The notes under the pieces were generated by a model. The model had not been told where the DNA came from. It was given only the letters and a program-made list of their open reading frames with translations, and made no database searches. DNA of 64,000 nucleotides from an uncultured Candidatus Saccharibacteria bacterium (GTDB lineage: Bacteria; Patescibacteriota; Minisyncoccia; Phycocordibacterales; UBA2100), in assembly GCA_964534465.1 (NCBI GenBank), contig CAZHOB010000001.1, forward strand, positions 33,870 through 97,869. The letters run 5' to 3'. Positions 9,141 through 19,169 of the stretch are shown piece by piece; positions within the stretch are counted from its first letter, which is position 1; every line of letters starts with the position of its first letter. The position numbers and the translations under genes are program-made.

Positions 9141-9587
9141 CTAAGCCGCCTCTATAGAAACCGTTACGGTTGCTTCGGCCTCATCGCTGAGCAGGCGAAA
9201 TTTGTATTCTCCGACGTCTTTGATGGCATCGCTCTCACCCACAATAAACTCCGGCCGTATCGCGCTGCCGGCATCTCGCTGAAGCGCCACCGCTATCTCT
9301 TCCCTTTGGATGCCCTTGAACAAGTGGCCCTTTTCGTTGGCACGCACGCGGATGGTGATCTTTTTTCCGTCCAATTTTTTCAATGCCTCGTTCGACTCTT
9401 TTGCATTTGCGACCTTCAATGTCGACTCATGTTTTAGTTTCTTCTGGAGTGAGTTCAGCTTCTCCGGTGTGGCCTGCACGGCGAAGCCGTTGGGGATCAG
9501 GTGATTGAGCGCGTAGCCGTCAGCTACTTCTTTGACCGTATCCCGCTGCCCTACCCCGCGCACATCTCTGATAAGAACAACTTTCAT
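9141..9587 (-). CDS. rplI: 50S ribosomal protein L9
   Basis: MKVVLIRDVRGVGQRDTVKEVADGYALNHLIPNGFAV N-terminal domain. Confidence 0.8.
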   Translation of the reverse strand: MKVVLIRDVRGVGQRDTVKEVADGYALNHLIPNGFAVQATPEKLNSLQKKLKHESTLKVANAKESNEALKKLDGKKITIRVRANEKGHLFKGIQREEIAVALQRDAGSAIRPEFIVGESDAIKDVGEYKFRLLSDEAEATVTVSIEAA

Positions 9588-9588
9588 A

Positions 9589-10887
9589 TTATTGATTCTT
9601 CAAAATACTGACGGCTTTGTCCAACTGTGGATCTTTACCCGCCTTGTGCTCGTCGTCAGATATTTCGACTTTTACCGTGGGAGCAATACCCTCGCGCGGG
9701 ATCTGTATGCCATCAGGACCAAGCCAACGTGCTACCGTTATCTTGAGCGAGGTTTCCGGCGTTATGTCGACAAGCTCCTGTACAGAGCCCTTTCCGAACG
9801 TATTGACGCCCACAAGTTTGGCTACGCCATAGTACCGCAGTGCGTCTGCGAGGATTTCAGACGCCGACGCCGAACCCTTGTCGACAAGTATCACCATTTT
9901 CAGATTTTTATTGAACACATTGTAGCCGAGCGAGCGGTGCACGATGTTCTGGTCGTGACCAGCATAATCCTCCGTAACGACGGGCGAGCCGGTGGGCAAG
10001 AACCAACTCGCCATGTCGACTGCAGCTTCAAGATAGCCGCCAGGATTGCCACGAAGGTCCAGGATGAGTTTTGTATCGCCCGATTCGACGAATTCGCGGA
10101 GTGCGGAACGGAAGAGCTCGGGTGAATTTGACGTAAATGTCAGCACTTGAATATCAAAAATACCGTCGGGGCGCGCCGTCGTGGACACCGTCGGAATATT
10201 GATGACGTCACGCGTTACCTTTATCTCTTTGACCGCGGTCCACCCTTCACGATAAACAGTGAATGTCACCTTGCTTCCTTTTGGGCCGCGGATCTTCTTC
10301 ACAGCCTCACTCGCATCCATCCCTTTGGTATCCACACCATCTATCTTGAGCAAAGCATCACCGGCCTTAAGCCCCGATTTCTCTGCGGGCGTACCTTTGA
10401 GCGGCGAGACGACCGTAAGCACTTGATCTTTGACTGCGATCTCCATGCCTACTCCCTCAAATGCACCGCTCATGTCGGCATTGAATTGTTCGTTCTCGAC
10501 GGGCGGCAGGAAATAGGTGTAAGGGTCGTTGAGAGAAGCAGCGAGACCTTCGATCATCCCCCACACGCGCTGTTGATCGGCATCCTTTGTAGAAGTGGCC
10601 ATCTTGGTTGATGTGGCCACGGCAGCAGGGACGAACTTTTCATCAATAATATGCCACGCTTTCCAGACTGGCGAGAGATCGACGTTTTGCGGGACGCTCG
10701 TATCGCCGGAGAAGGCTCCCATCGGCTTCGTAGCTGAATAGCCCGCCACATAGGCGCCAATTACCAAAATAATGCCGGCAATGATTGCGCGGCGCAGCGG
10801 TATAGTTTTTTCGCGCTTTTCCGGGAACATCGGAGAGATTATCTCACGCTCGTTATCGTCCCGCAAAAGAGCCCCGTTTTGATGCAT
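9589..10887 (-). CDS. ctp: Carboxyl-terminal processing protease (S41 family, PDZ domain)
   Basis: N-terminal TM anchor, PDZ domain, S41 core (GNPGGYLEAAVDMASWF...). Confidence 0.85.
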   Translation of the reverse strand: MHQNGALLRDDNEREIISPMFPEKREKTIPLRRAIIAGIILVIGAYVAGYSATKPMGAFSGDTSVPQNVDLSPVWKAWHIIDEKFVPAAVATSTKMATSTKDADQQRVWGMIEGLAASLNDPYTYFLPPVENEQFNADMSGAFEGVGMEIAVKDQVLTVVSPLKGTPAEKSGLKAGDALLKIDGVDTKGMDASEAVKKIRGPKGSKVTFTVYREGWTAVKEIKVTRDVINIPTVSTTARPDGIFDIQVLTFTSNSPELFRSALREFVESGDTKLILDLRGNPGGYLEAAVDMASWFLPTGSPVVTEDYAGHDQNIVHRSLGYNVFNKNLKMVILVDKGSASASEILADALRYYGVAKLVGVNTFGKGSVQELVDITPETSLKITVARWLGPDGIQIPREGIAPTVKVEISDDEHKAGKDPQLDKAVSILKNQ

Positions 10888-10921
10888 ACGACAGTATACC
10901 CTGCCTGCGACACCCTTCTCA

Positions 10922-11857
10922 ATGAAGACACGTTATACTGGTAGTATGCAGGCACGCTATGAGCACAAAGGGCTCACGTGGGTGGATCTGGACACGCCAA
11001 CACGGGAGGAGATCAATGCCATCGCCACGGAGTTCAACATCTCGCCCCTTGTGGCGGAAGAATTGCTCATGCCGGTTACCAAACCCCGCGCAGAATTACA
11101 TGACAATTTCATGTATCTTGTCATGCATTTCCCTGCCCTGAAACACTCCCACCATTCTCGGGAGCAGGAAATCGATTTTGTGGTCGGGCCACACTATGTG
11201 ATCACGGCGCGCTACGACACCATCGACCCGCTTCACAAATTTTCTAAGGTTTTCGAGGTACATTCCGTCTTGGACAGAAGTTCAATCGGGGATCATGCGG
11301 GCTACCTCTTCTTTTACATGCTGAAGAAACTCTACAAATCCGTTGAGCACGAAATAGAATTCATCCGCCGCGAGCTCGAAGTCATCGACGAAAAGCTTTT
11401 TTCAGAGCAGGAGGTGCAGCTCGTGTCGGCGCTCTCGAAATGCGCGCGCGATCTACTCAACATCCGCCAGACCATCGAGCCGCATCGCGAGGTGCTACGA
11501 AGTCTTGAAGAACTCAGTCCGAAATTGTTCGGGCCTGAGTTTGCGCCATACGCTCGTTCCCTCTCCAATGAATACTACCGCGTACACAATCACGTCATGC
11601 GTCATACCGAATCGCTCCACGAGCTTCGCGAGACCAACAATTCACTGTTGGAGACCAAACAGAACGAAACGATGAAAATATTCACCATCCTCGCGTTCGT
11701 CACCTTCCCTCTTTCTCTCATTGCCGCCATCTTCAGCATGGATACCGTCAACAACCCGTTCATCGGATCACGATTCGATTTCTGGATAGTCATCGGCATT
11801 ATGGCGGGCATCGCTGCGATGATGTTCTGGTACTTCAAACGCAAAAAATGGCTCTAA
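10922..11857 (+). CDS. corA: CorA-family divalent cation transporter with a non-canonical signature (SMD in place of GMN)
   Basis: Cytoplasmic domain plus two C-terminal TM helices; the GMN position reads IFSMDTVNNP. Confidence 0.65.
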   Translation: MKTRYTGSMQARYEHKGLTWVDLDTPTREEINAIATEFNISPLVAEELLMPVTKPRAELHDNFMYLVMHFPALKHSHHSREQEIDFVVGPHYVITARYDTIDPLHKFSKVFEVHSVLDRSSIGDHAGYLFFYMLKKLYKSVEHEIEFIRRELEVIDEKLFSEQEVQLVSALSKCARDLLNIRQTIEPHREVLRSLEELSPKLFGPEFAPYARSLSNEYYRVHNHVMRHTESLHELRETNNSLLETKQNETMKIFTILAFVTFPLSLIAAIFSMDTVNNPFIGSRFDFWIVIGIMAGIAAMMFWYFKRKKWL

Positions 11858-11858
11858 T

Positions 11859-13325
11859 ATGGGTGTCTTCGATTGGTTCACACGTACGGGTGAGAAGCGT
11901 TCACCGCTGTATCTTTTCAACACGTTAGGCGGTAAGAAGGAAAAATTCGTGCCCGTACACGACAGTGAGGTGCGCATGTACAACTGCGGCCCTACCGTGT
12001 ACGGTCGCCAGCACATCGGCAATCTTTCTATGTTCGTTTTTACGGACATTGTGAGACGAACACTTATAAGGAGTGGCTACTCGGTAAAGCAAGTCATCAA
12101 TTTCACCGATTTCGGTCATCTCACGTCGGACGCCGATTCCGGCGAGGACAAGATGACCAAGGGTCTCAAGAGCGAGGGTCTCGCGCTCACTATGGAAAAC
12201 ATGCGTGCGCTCGGCGAAAAATACGCCAATCTTTTTCTCGAAGATCTCCGCGCGCTCAATTGCGACATCGACGGCATCATTTTCCCCCGTGCGAGCGACT
12301 ACGTGCAGGCACAGATCGCGATGATAGAGACACTCGTCGAGAAGGGTTTCGCCTATCAGGGCAAACATGGCGTCTATTTTGAGACTTCCAAATTTCCGCG
12401 CTACGGAAAGCTCGGAAATATCAATCTCGAAGAATTACGCGCTGGCGCGCGCGTCTCTTTCGATAAAGAGAAGCGCGGTCAACTCGATTTTTTACTCTGG
12501 AAGTCTGATCCGCACATGGGTTGGGATTCACCATGGGGCAAGGGCTTTCCGGGATGGCACATCGAGTGCTCGGCGATGATACGCGAGACGCTCGGCGAGC
12601 AGATAGACATCCATACCGGCGGCATCGAACACATACCCGTGCACCACAACAACGAGATAGCGCAGTCGGAGAGCGCGACAGGCAAACATCCGTTCTCTAA
12701 ATACTGGCTCCACCGCGCACATATTCAGCTCGAGGGCGGCAAGATAGCCAAATCAGTGGGTAATGTCGTGTACATGTTCGATGTTACCGAACGCGGCTGC
12801 CACCCACTATCACTCCGCTATCTATTCCTGAGTGCGCACTATCGCACACCGATGAACTTCACGTGGGAGGCTCTCTCTGCCGCCCAGACGGCGTATTCCA
12901 AACTGCTGGCAATGCGATTTGCGCACAAACCCTCATTTCCCGTCCGAAAGTGGACTGAAAAATTCAACAAACACGTCAACGACGATTTCGATACTCCGAA
13001 AGCGATTGCCGTCCTCTGGGAAATGACGAAGGATACTTCACTTACCGAGGGCGAAAAAGTCGCAACCATGATAGAGATGGACAAAGTGCTCGGTCTCAAT
13101 TTCGCCGAACCCGATGCAGCTGCAAGGGAGCTCGCACGCAAAGAGCTCCGCACGGCCATACCTAAGGAGAAAATAGACGCCAAGATCAAGGAGCTGCTCT
13201 TGGAGAGGCAACGCGCCCGTGAAAATAAAGACTACGCCCGCGCTGACGCCATTCGAACTCGTATCGAAGACCAGGGCTTTGAACTCGACGACTCCCCTTC
13301 CGGACCCGTACTCTACACCCGCTAA
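11859..13325 (+). CDS. cysS: Cysteinyl-tRNA synthetase
   Basis: MYNCGPTVYGRQHIGN (HIGH), zinc ligands, KIAKSVGN (KMSKS). Confidence 0.9.
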   Translation: MGVFDWFTRTGEKRSPLYLFNTLGGKKEKFVPVHDSEVRMYNCGPTVYGRQHIGNLSMFVFTDIVRRTLIRSGYSVKQVINFTDFGHLTSDADSGEDKMTKGLKSEGLALTMENMRALGEKYANLFLEDLRALNCDIDGIIFPRASDYVQAQIAMIETLVEKGFAYQGKHGVYFETSKFPRYGKLGNINLEELRAGARVSFDKEKRGQLDFLLWKSDPHMGWDSPWGKGFPGWHIECSAMIRETLGEQIDIHTGGIEHIPVHHNNEIAQSESATGKHPFSKYWLHRAHIQLEGGKIAKSVGNVVYMFDVTERGCHPLSLRYLFLSAHYRTPMNFTWEALSAAQTAYSKLLAMRFAHKPSFPVRKWTEKFNKHVNDDFDTPKAIAVLWEMTKDTSLTEGEKVATMIEMDKVLGLNFAEPDAAARELARKELRTAIPKEKIDAKIKELLLERQRARENKDYARADAIRTRIEDQGFELDDSPSGPVLYTR

Positions 13326-16300
13326 GCGCCTACAACGAAATTGACGAGACGGCCCGGCACGACGATCGTGCGAGCTATTTTTTGCCCCTCAAGACGCGCG
13401 GATACAGCTTCGCGCGCCGCCGCTTCGATAGCAGCCTTGTCGGAATCTTTTGAGACATCCACAGTGGCGCGGGTCTTGCCGTCGATCTGCACAGCGATAG
13501 TGATCGTATTTTCTACCAATTGCGAAATGTCGAATTCCGGCCATTTTTCGAGGTGGATGGACTTCTTTTTGCCCCATAATTCTTCGGCCACATGAGGGGC
13601 GAACGGCGAGAGGATCTTGAGAAAAGTTGACCACTCGTCGGGCGAAATTGCCTTCGCTTTTTCTATCGCGTTGAGCAGTATCATCATCTGACTGATGGCG
13701 GTATTGAATTTCATCTGTTCGATGTCCTTCCCCACTTTCTGTACCGTCTTGTGGAGTGCAGAACCGATGCTTGGCGCGTTTTTTGAGACGAGTTCCTGCA
13801 CGCGGCACACACGCTCCAAAAATCGACGCACACCGACCACGCCATCCGGATTCCACGGATAACTGGACACTTCGTGATACGGGCCGATAAAGGCCAAATA
13901 CATGCGTACGGTGTCAGCTCCGAGTCTCTCCACCACCTCATCAGGATCGATGACATTGCCGCGCGATTTGCTCATTTTTTGGCCATCTGGACCTAGAATG
14001 AGCGAACGATTTATTCTCCGCGCGTAGGGCTCTTCGTTCTCTACAAGTCCGAGATCGAAAAGAGCCTTTTGCCAGAACCGCGAATACAGAAGGTGCATCG
14101 TGGTGTGCTCGGCACCGCCTGAATAGAGGCTAACCGGCATCCAGTTCTGAATGCTTTTCTTGGCGGCGAATTCTTTTTTATTTTTGGGATCGGTGTAGCG
14201 CAAGAAATACCACGAGGAATCGACGAAGGTGTCGAGTGTATCAGTCTCACGTTTCGCGACACCTTTGCACAGCGGGCATTTTACATTGACCCACTTCGTG
14301 GCTTTCGCCAGCGGCGATTTGCCGCTGCCTTCGGGCAGATAATCCTTCACGGCAGGCAACTCGACAGGCAGATCTTTATCCGGCACTGGCTGCGCGCCAC
14401 ATTCAGGACAATGAATGATCGGTATCGGCACACCCCAGTATCTTTGGCGCGACACGATCCAATCGCGGAGTCTGAAGGTGGTCTTTTTGCGTCCGAATAC
14501 GTCGGTAATCGCTGCATTGGCTTCGGCGGAAGTCTTGCCGTCGTAAAGACCGGAGTTGATGAGAAAGCCGTCGCCGGTGTAGCTGTAATGGGGGTCTTGA
14601 ATGACGGAAGCGATGAACTCGCCCTCGAAAACGGTGAAGAATTCCATTAACTTATTTTTCTTGACCCAGACCACCTCGTGAAGTGATGCCTCCTTTTCAT
14701 CCACCGCATCCTTCTCGTCATTCTCGAGCTCAAAAAAGACGAAGTGGAAATGAGCGTGACGATTCTGCTTTTTGACACGGTGATAGAAGAAGGTGTTTAT
14801 TGTCCACTTGTGATTTTCGACATGGCGAAGATTTTTGTACCCTGTCTCCTCGTGAATTTCTCGGCGGGCAGTTTCGATGATGTCGTCATCTCCCTCGATG
14901 CCGCCGGTCACAAGACCGTGCATGTGGACGCCTCTCCATTTAATTGCGAGATAGGTGTCGTCCTTGGGATTGCGCACAACGGCGCATATGGCTTCCCTTT
15001 TGATGAATGGCTCGCCTTCTTTGATGGCATTTTCGCGGGTTCCGTTCGCTTTGAAGATCGGTTCGATGACATGCTTGATCGGCAGGCCAAATTTGCGGGC
15101 AAAGGCGTGATCGCGCTCGTCGTGCGCGGGCACTGCCATGATGGCCCCGGTGCCGTAGGAGGCGAGCACATAATCCGCTACATACATGGGGATTTTCTCA
15201 CCCGTCGCGGGATTGACGGCATCCACGCCCTCAAGCCGCACGCCGGTCTTGTCTTTTTGGTCGGTCATGCGTTCGAGCTCGGTCTTCTTAGTGGCCTGCG
15301 TGACATACGCAGAGACATGCTGCTCATTAGGCAAAAGACTTTTGTGACCGAGTGCCGCTTTTAACCACGGATGTTCGGGCGATAGGACAAGGTAAGTGGC
15401 ACCGAAGAGCGTATCGGGGCGCGTCGTGAAAACGCGGATAGTGGCGCGCAGCCACATCAAGACATCGGGCTCTGTGTCGCCCGTAAAGTGCGGCTTATTG
15501 GATATGCCGCGATGCGCTTTGATGCCGAGGAGCTTCTCGAGATCCGCGACTTGCCTCTCCGATATCGCATGGTCGCATGGATCATGAAGTAGCTGAATTA
15601 CCGGAGCGGTGGCGTGGATTTTTTTCGCATCGAACTCCCATTTGAAATCCTTCGCGAAATCACGCGGCCCGTCTTTGAAATGAGGGTCAGCAAAGCCTCC
15701 CACAAGGACAAGGCGGCTTATCTGTGACTTGAGACGCTCGACGACTTTCATTGCGACTACAGCGCCCAGACTATGTCCCATAAGGACAGTGTTTTCGTCG
15801 TAATCAGTGGCTTGAAGTGCTGCTTCGACCTGTTCTACTTCCGTGGGATTGTCAGTATTTGGCAGGGTGGGAATAATGACCTCATTGCCCATTTTTTCAA
15901 GCTCACTCTTTATCCAATTCCAGCGTGGAGTGTCGGGCTTACCGCCATAACCGTGCAAAATGACGTATTTGTTTTTTTTGCCAAAATCGAGAGGAAAATC
16001 AATTTCAGCCCCCTCCGAACGGCCGATCCAGTTACGCTGCGATTCTTTGATCTGTTCAGGCCAATCGAGAGTTGTGAGGTCGTCTATAAGGCGATCGGCG
16101 TAGCTGGTGATCATTACGTTCCATTGCAACATCATTCTTTGCTCAACAACCGAGCCGCAACGTTCGCAGCGGCCATCCACCACCTGCTCATTGGCAAGCA
16201 CTGTCTTGTCTTTCGGACACCAATTCACTGCAGTTTCCTTTTGATACGCCAAACCTTTTTTGAAAAGCTGAAGGAATTGCCACTGCGTCCATTTGTAGTA

Positions 16301-16711
16301 AGCGGGGTCGGCGGTAATGACCTCGCGCGACCAATCGAACGAGGTGCCCATCGACTCGATCTGCTTTTTCATGTACGCGATGTTGCCGAAGGTCCACTTT
16401 TTGGGATCCAATTTATTCTTTATCGCGGCATTCTCTGCGGGCAATCCAAATGCATCGAATCCCATGGGATAGAGCACATTTTTGCCGTCCATCCGTTTCT
16501 TGCGCGCGAGAATATCCGGCACTGCGAAAGCGTACCAGTGTCCTACGTGCAAATTGCCCGACGGATATGGGAACTCGACGAGCAGGTAGAAATTGTCCTT
16601 GCCTTTTACGCTGTCGGGAGTCTTGTGCAAACCGTCCTTTTTCCATTTGGCCTGCCATTTTTTCTCGATTTTCTTGTGGTCGTATCCGTGCATCAAGACA
16701 GCGTAGCACAA
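13322..16711 (-). CDS. leuS: Leucyl-tRNA synthetase carrying two inserted hydrolase domains (alpha/beta serine hydrolase and Nudix)
   Basis: HIGH motif (PYPSGNLHVGHWYAF), WIGRSEGAEIDF, TTRPDT editing motif, GTGAIMAVPAHDERD, KMSKS (GQKMSKSRGNV). Single uninterrupted 1129-aa frame, roughly 270 aa longer than a typical bacterial LeuRS. Confidence 0.9.
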   Translation of the reverse strand: MCYAVLMHGYDHKKIEKKWQAKWKKDGLHKTPDSVKGKDNFYLLVEFPYPSGNLHVGHWYAFAVPDILARKKRMDGKNVLYPMGFDAFGLPAENAAIKNKLDPKKWTFGNIAYMKKQIESMGTSFDWSREVITADPAYYKWTQWQFLQLFKKGLAYQKETAVNWCPKDKTVLANEQVVDGRCERCGSVVEQRMMLQWNVMITSYADRLIDDLTTLDWPEQIKESQRNWIGRSEGAEIDFPLDFGKKNKYVILHGYGGKPDTPRWNWIKSELEKMGNEVIIPTLPNTDNPTEVEQVEAALQATDYDENTVLMGHSLGAVVAMKVVERLKSQISRLVLVGGFADPHFKDGPRDFAKDFKWEFDAKKIHATAPVIQLLHDPCDHAISERQVADLEKLLGIKAHRGISNKPHFTGDTEPDVLMWLRATIRVFTTRPDTLFGATYLVLSPEHPWLKAALGHKSLLPNEQHVSAYVTQATKKTELERMTDQKDKTGVRLEGVDAVNPATGEKIPMYVADYVLASYGTGAIMAVPAHDERDHAFARKFGLPIKHVIEPIFKANGTRENAIKEGEPFIKREAICAVVRNPKDDTYLAIKWRGVHMHGLVTGGIEGDDDIIETARREIHEETGYKNLRHVENHKWTINTFFYHRVKKQNRHAHFHFVFFELENDEKDAVDEKEASLHEVVWVKKNKLMEFFTVFEGEFIASVIQDPHYSYTGDGFLINSGLYDGKTSAEANAAITDVFGRKKTTFRLRDWIVSRQRYWGVPIPIIHCPECGAQPVPDKDLPVELPAVKDYLPEGSGKSPLAKATKWVNVKCPLCKGVAKRETDTLDTFVDSSWYFLRYTDPKNKKEFAAKKSIQNWMPVSLYSGGAEHTTMHLLYSRFWQKALFDLGLVENEEPYARRINRSLILGPDGQKMSKSRGNVIDPDEVVERLGADTVRMYLAFIGPYHEVSSYPWNPDGVVGVRRFLERVCRVQELVSKNAPSIGSALHKTVQKVGKDIEQMKFNTAISQMMILLNAIEKAKAISPDEWSTFLKILSPFAPHVAEELWGKKKSIHLEKWPEFDISQLVENTITIAVQIDGKTRATVDVSKDSDKAAIEAAAREAVSARLEGQKIARTIVVPGRLVNFVVGA

Positions 16712-16743
16712 GCTAAGCTGTCAGAAAATGGCTCATTAATTGC

Positions 16744-17730
16744 CTATTGTTTGACCGGTATGGGCGTCGGGATGCCGGAAGTCTTCGGGAATGGAGGATA
16801 ACGCTGAGGATCAATCCCGCGACTGAAGCACTGTTCCCCTGCCACGTGGTACCAAGTCTCATTTTGCGCGAGTTTATCGCCCACCGGCGCTGCGATGGGC
16901 CCTGAGAGGCCGTTGACAGTATCGGCCTGATTGGGATTGGTCTCGAGATTGAAGGTGGCGCAAAGCTTGAACGAATATTGGCCGGTAACGCTATACGAGT
17001 ACTCGTTGCCGCTCTGCGGGTCCTTCGGCATGTAATTATTTGATATCGGGTCGTAGAGATCGGAGATTGCGGCCGGCAACTTTTCCTTCTGCTGCCAGTA
17101 ATTGACGATCTGATACTGGATATTTTGGAGGTCGCTTATCTTTTGGTCGTCGAAGCGATACAAGCGTATCTGGCCGGGCGTACCCATGATGAGGAATCCC
17201 GCGACTATAGTGGCGAGTACAACTGCTCCCGCACCCCAGCCTACATAGCGAGCGCGTTCGGGAAATTTGAGCCAGAAGCCTTTGATGTCGGCAAGGAAGT
17301 GAAGGAATGCCGCGCCGGTGACCAGCAATACGATAAGTACTTTGAGAATGAAGTGCATGGTGATATCGCCGCCGAGGAAATAATTGATGAGCGTGATGAG
17401 GTCAACGACGACCGTGAGTCCCGCGGCAAAAACAGTGAAATACAACGCCCAGCGACGGATCCATATCTCCTGCCGCGTGACATCGCGCACCATGTCCTTG
17501 CGGATGAAACGCATGAGTACGAGGAAGAGCGGGAACATCACAAAAAGGATTGCCATCTGGTAGCGCATGGCGCTGCCATATGGGTCGATGTAGCGATTGA
17601 GAGCGTCGGGGAAGGAGTAGTCGATATAGCTGAAAAAGAGCGCAATAAGGGCAAAAACGCTCGAATAAAGGGCGATCATTGCCATGACCCAGAGGAAGAA
17701 ATCCTTGGGGCTTACCTTTGGTTTATCCAT
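16744..17730 (-). CDS. Hypothetical polytopic membrane protein with a C-terminal extracytoplasmic domain
   Basis: 328 aa with about 6 TM helices; no recognised motif. Confidence 0.5.
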   Translation of the reverse strand: MDKPKVSPKDFFLWVMAMIALYSSVFALIALFFSYIDYSFPDALNRYIDPYGSAMRYQMAILFVMFPLFLVLMRFIRKDMVRDVTRQEIWIRRWALYFTVFAAGLTVVVDLITLINYFLGGDITMHFILKVLIVLLVTGAAFLHFLADIKGFWLKFPERARYVGWGAGAVVLATIVAGFLIMGTPGQIRLYRFDDQKISDLQNIQYQIVNYWQQKEKLPAAISDLYDPISNNYMPKDPQSGNEYSYSVTGQYSFKLCATFNLETNPNQADTVNGLSGPIAAPVGDKLAQNETWYHVAGEQCFSRGIDPQRYPPFPKTSGIPTPIPVKQ

Positions 17731-17944
17731 GCATGTACGCTACCATTGTGCAAGAACATCTCCAAGGGGAGCGTAATGATATCTCCTTCGACTTCACTGC
17801 GAATTAATCTTTCCATATTGAAAGCATGGCGTGAGCAAGGAATGCCGTGGCATATCACGCCCGCCGGCTGGCGACACTACTGCAGTCTCAAACACAAACG
17901 AATTCGCGCTTCATTACATGCGCATCCCGAAGCCCCGTGTAAAC

Positions 17945-17983
17945 AAAAGCGAAAACGTAAAACTGCCCTATGATGGGCAGTTT
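17945..17983 (-). terminator. Rho-independent terminator downstream of ychF
   Basis: On the minus strand AAACTGCCC-ATCATA-GGGCAGTTT followed by TACGTTTTCGCTTTTG. Confidence 0.55.
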
Positions 17984-17986
17984 GTT

Positions 17987-19087
17987 TTAAGAGTGGAGAA
18001 ATTCCATCACGTCGCCGTCTTGCACCACGTATTCCTTGCCTTCAGTGCGGATGAGGCCTTGCTCGCGAGCTTTTGCAAATGAGCCAGCCTGCAGAAGTTT
18101 TTCCCAATAGATGACCTCCGCGCGGATGAATTTGTCGCGAAAATCAGTGTGAATAGCCGCACCGGCGTCGGGGCCTTTGGCGCCGCGCTTGATGGTCCAC
18201 GCGCGGCTCTCCTTCTCCCCTGTCGTAAAAAATGAGATCAGATCGAGCAGCGAATATCCGGCTTTAATGAGCGCGTCGAGACCGTCTTCGGCCACGCCGA
18301 GCTCGCGGCGAAAATCTGCCTTCTCATCCGAATGCACATCGCCGAGCTCGTTCTCGACGCCCGCGTCGACGACTATATACCTTGCATCGGTTCGTTCAAA
18401 ATAATCGAGCAATTCTCTCCAGCGCGGCCCGTTTTCGGCATCGATGTTGACCGTGCCTGCCTTGCGATTGAGCACGTAGAGAATTGGCTTCATCGTGAGC
18501 AAGTGCAGTGGCAACGCAAATTCCTGTTCTTTTTCATCCAGGACGACGGTGCGTGCGGGCTTCCCTGCCTGCAATACGGGCACTATTTTGCGCAGCACGT
18601 CGCGTTCGGCAATTATGTCTTTATCATTACCTTTGGCGTCGCGCTCCAGCCTATCGAGCTTCTTTTCGGCCATTTGCCTGTCTGCCTGAATGAGTTCGAG
18701 GTCAATTATCTCAATGTCGTACCGTGGATCGACATTACCCGCGACGTGATGCACGTCTTCGTCGTCAAAAATGCGCACGACTTCAGCTATCGCATCCACT
18801 TCGCGAATGTGCTGCAAGAATTGATTGCCGAGCCCCTCACCTTCTGAGGCACCCTTGACCAAACCCGCAATATCGACGAATTCCACCGCCGCCGGCACTT
18901 TCTTGACCGACTTGGACATCTCACTCAATCTATCCAACCGAAAATCAGGCACCGCCACGACCCCTACCGACGGGTCGATCGTAGCAAAAGGATAATTGGC
19001 AATAAGCACCCCCTTCCGCGTCAGCGCATTAAAAAGAGTACTCTTCCCCACGTTCGGGAGTCCAACAATTCCAATGCTTAATCCCAT
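17987..19087 (-). CDS. ychF: Ribosome-binding ATPase YchF (Obg family, TGS domain)
   Basis: [19 protein letters not shown]-loop and a C-terminal TGS domain. Confidence 0.9.
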   Translation of the reverse strand: MGLSIGIVGLPNVGKSTLFNALTRKGVLIANYPFATIDPSVGVVAVPDFRLDRLSEMSKSVKKVPAAVEFVDIAGLVKGASEGEGLGNQFLQHIREVDAIAEVVRIFDDEDVHHVAGNVDPRYDIEIIDLELIQADRQMAEKKLDRLERDAKGNDKDIIAERDVLRKIVPVLQAGKPARTVVLDEKEQEFALPLHLLTMKPILYVLNRKAGTVNIDAENGPRWRELLDYFERTDARYIVVDAGVENELGDVHSDEKADFRRELGVAEDGLDALIKAGYSLLDLISFFTTGEKESRAWTIKRGAKGPDAGAAIHTDFRDKFIRAEVIYWEKLLQAGSFAKAREQGLIRTEGKEYVVQDGDVMEFLHS

Positions 19088-19169
19088 ATTTTGGCCATTT
19101 TAAGCCGTAATTTGCTTTAAGTCCATCCGTGTGCCTTTCGTGCTTGCTCTCTCATGCTAGGATTCCGCC

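Noticed and set aside
13341-16801. Long plus-strand ORFs 14744-15364 (206 aa) and 15773-16801 (342 aa) lying antisense to leuS. Other antisense ORFs of the same kind are 21728-23038, 28455-29246, 29602-31038, 36608-37450 and 5666-6322.
   Set aside because: These are shadow ORFs typical of high-GC DNA. In each case the opposite strand carries a clearly recognisable conserved gene with intact motifs, and the shadow proteins are low-complexity R/A/G-rich.
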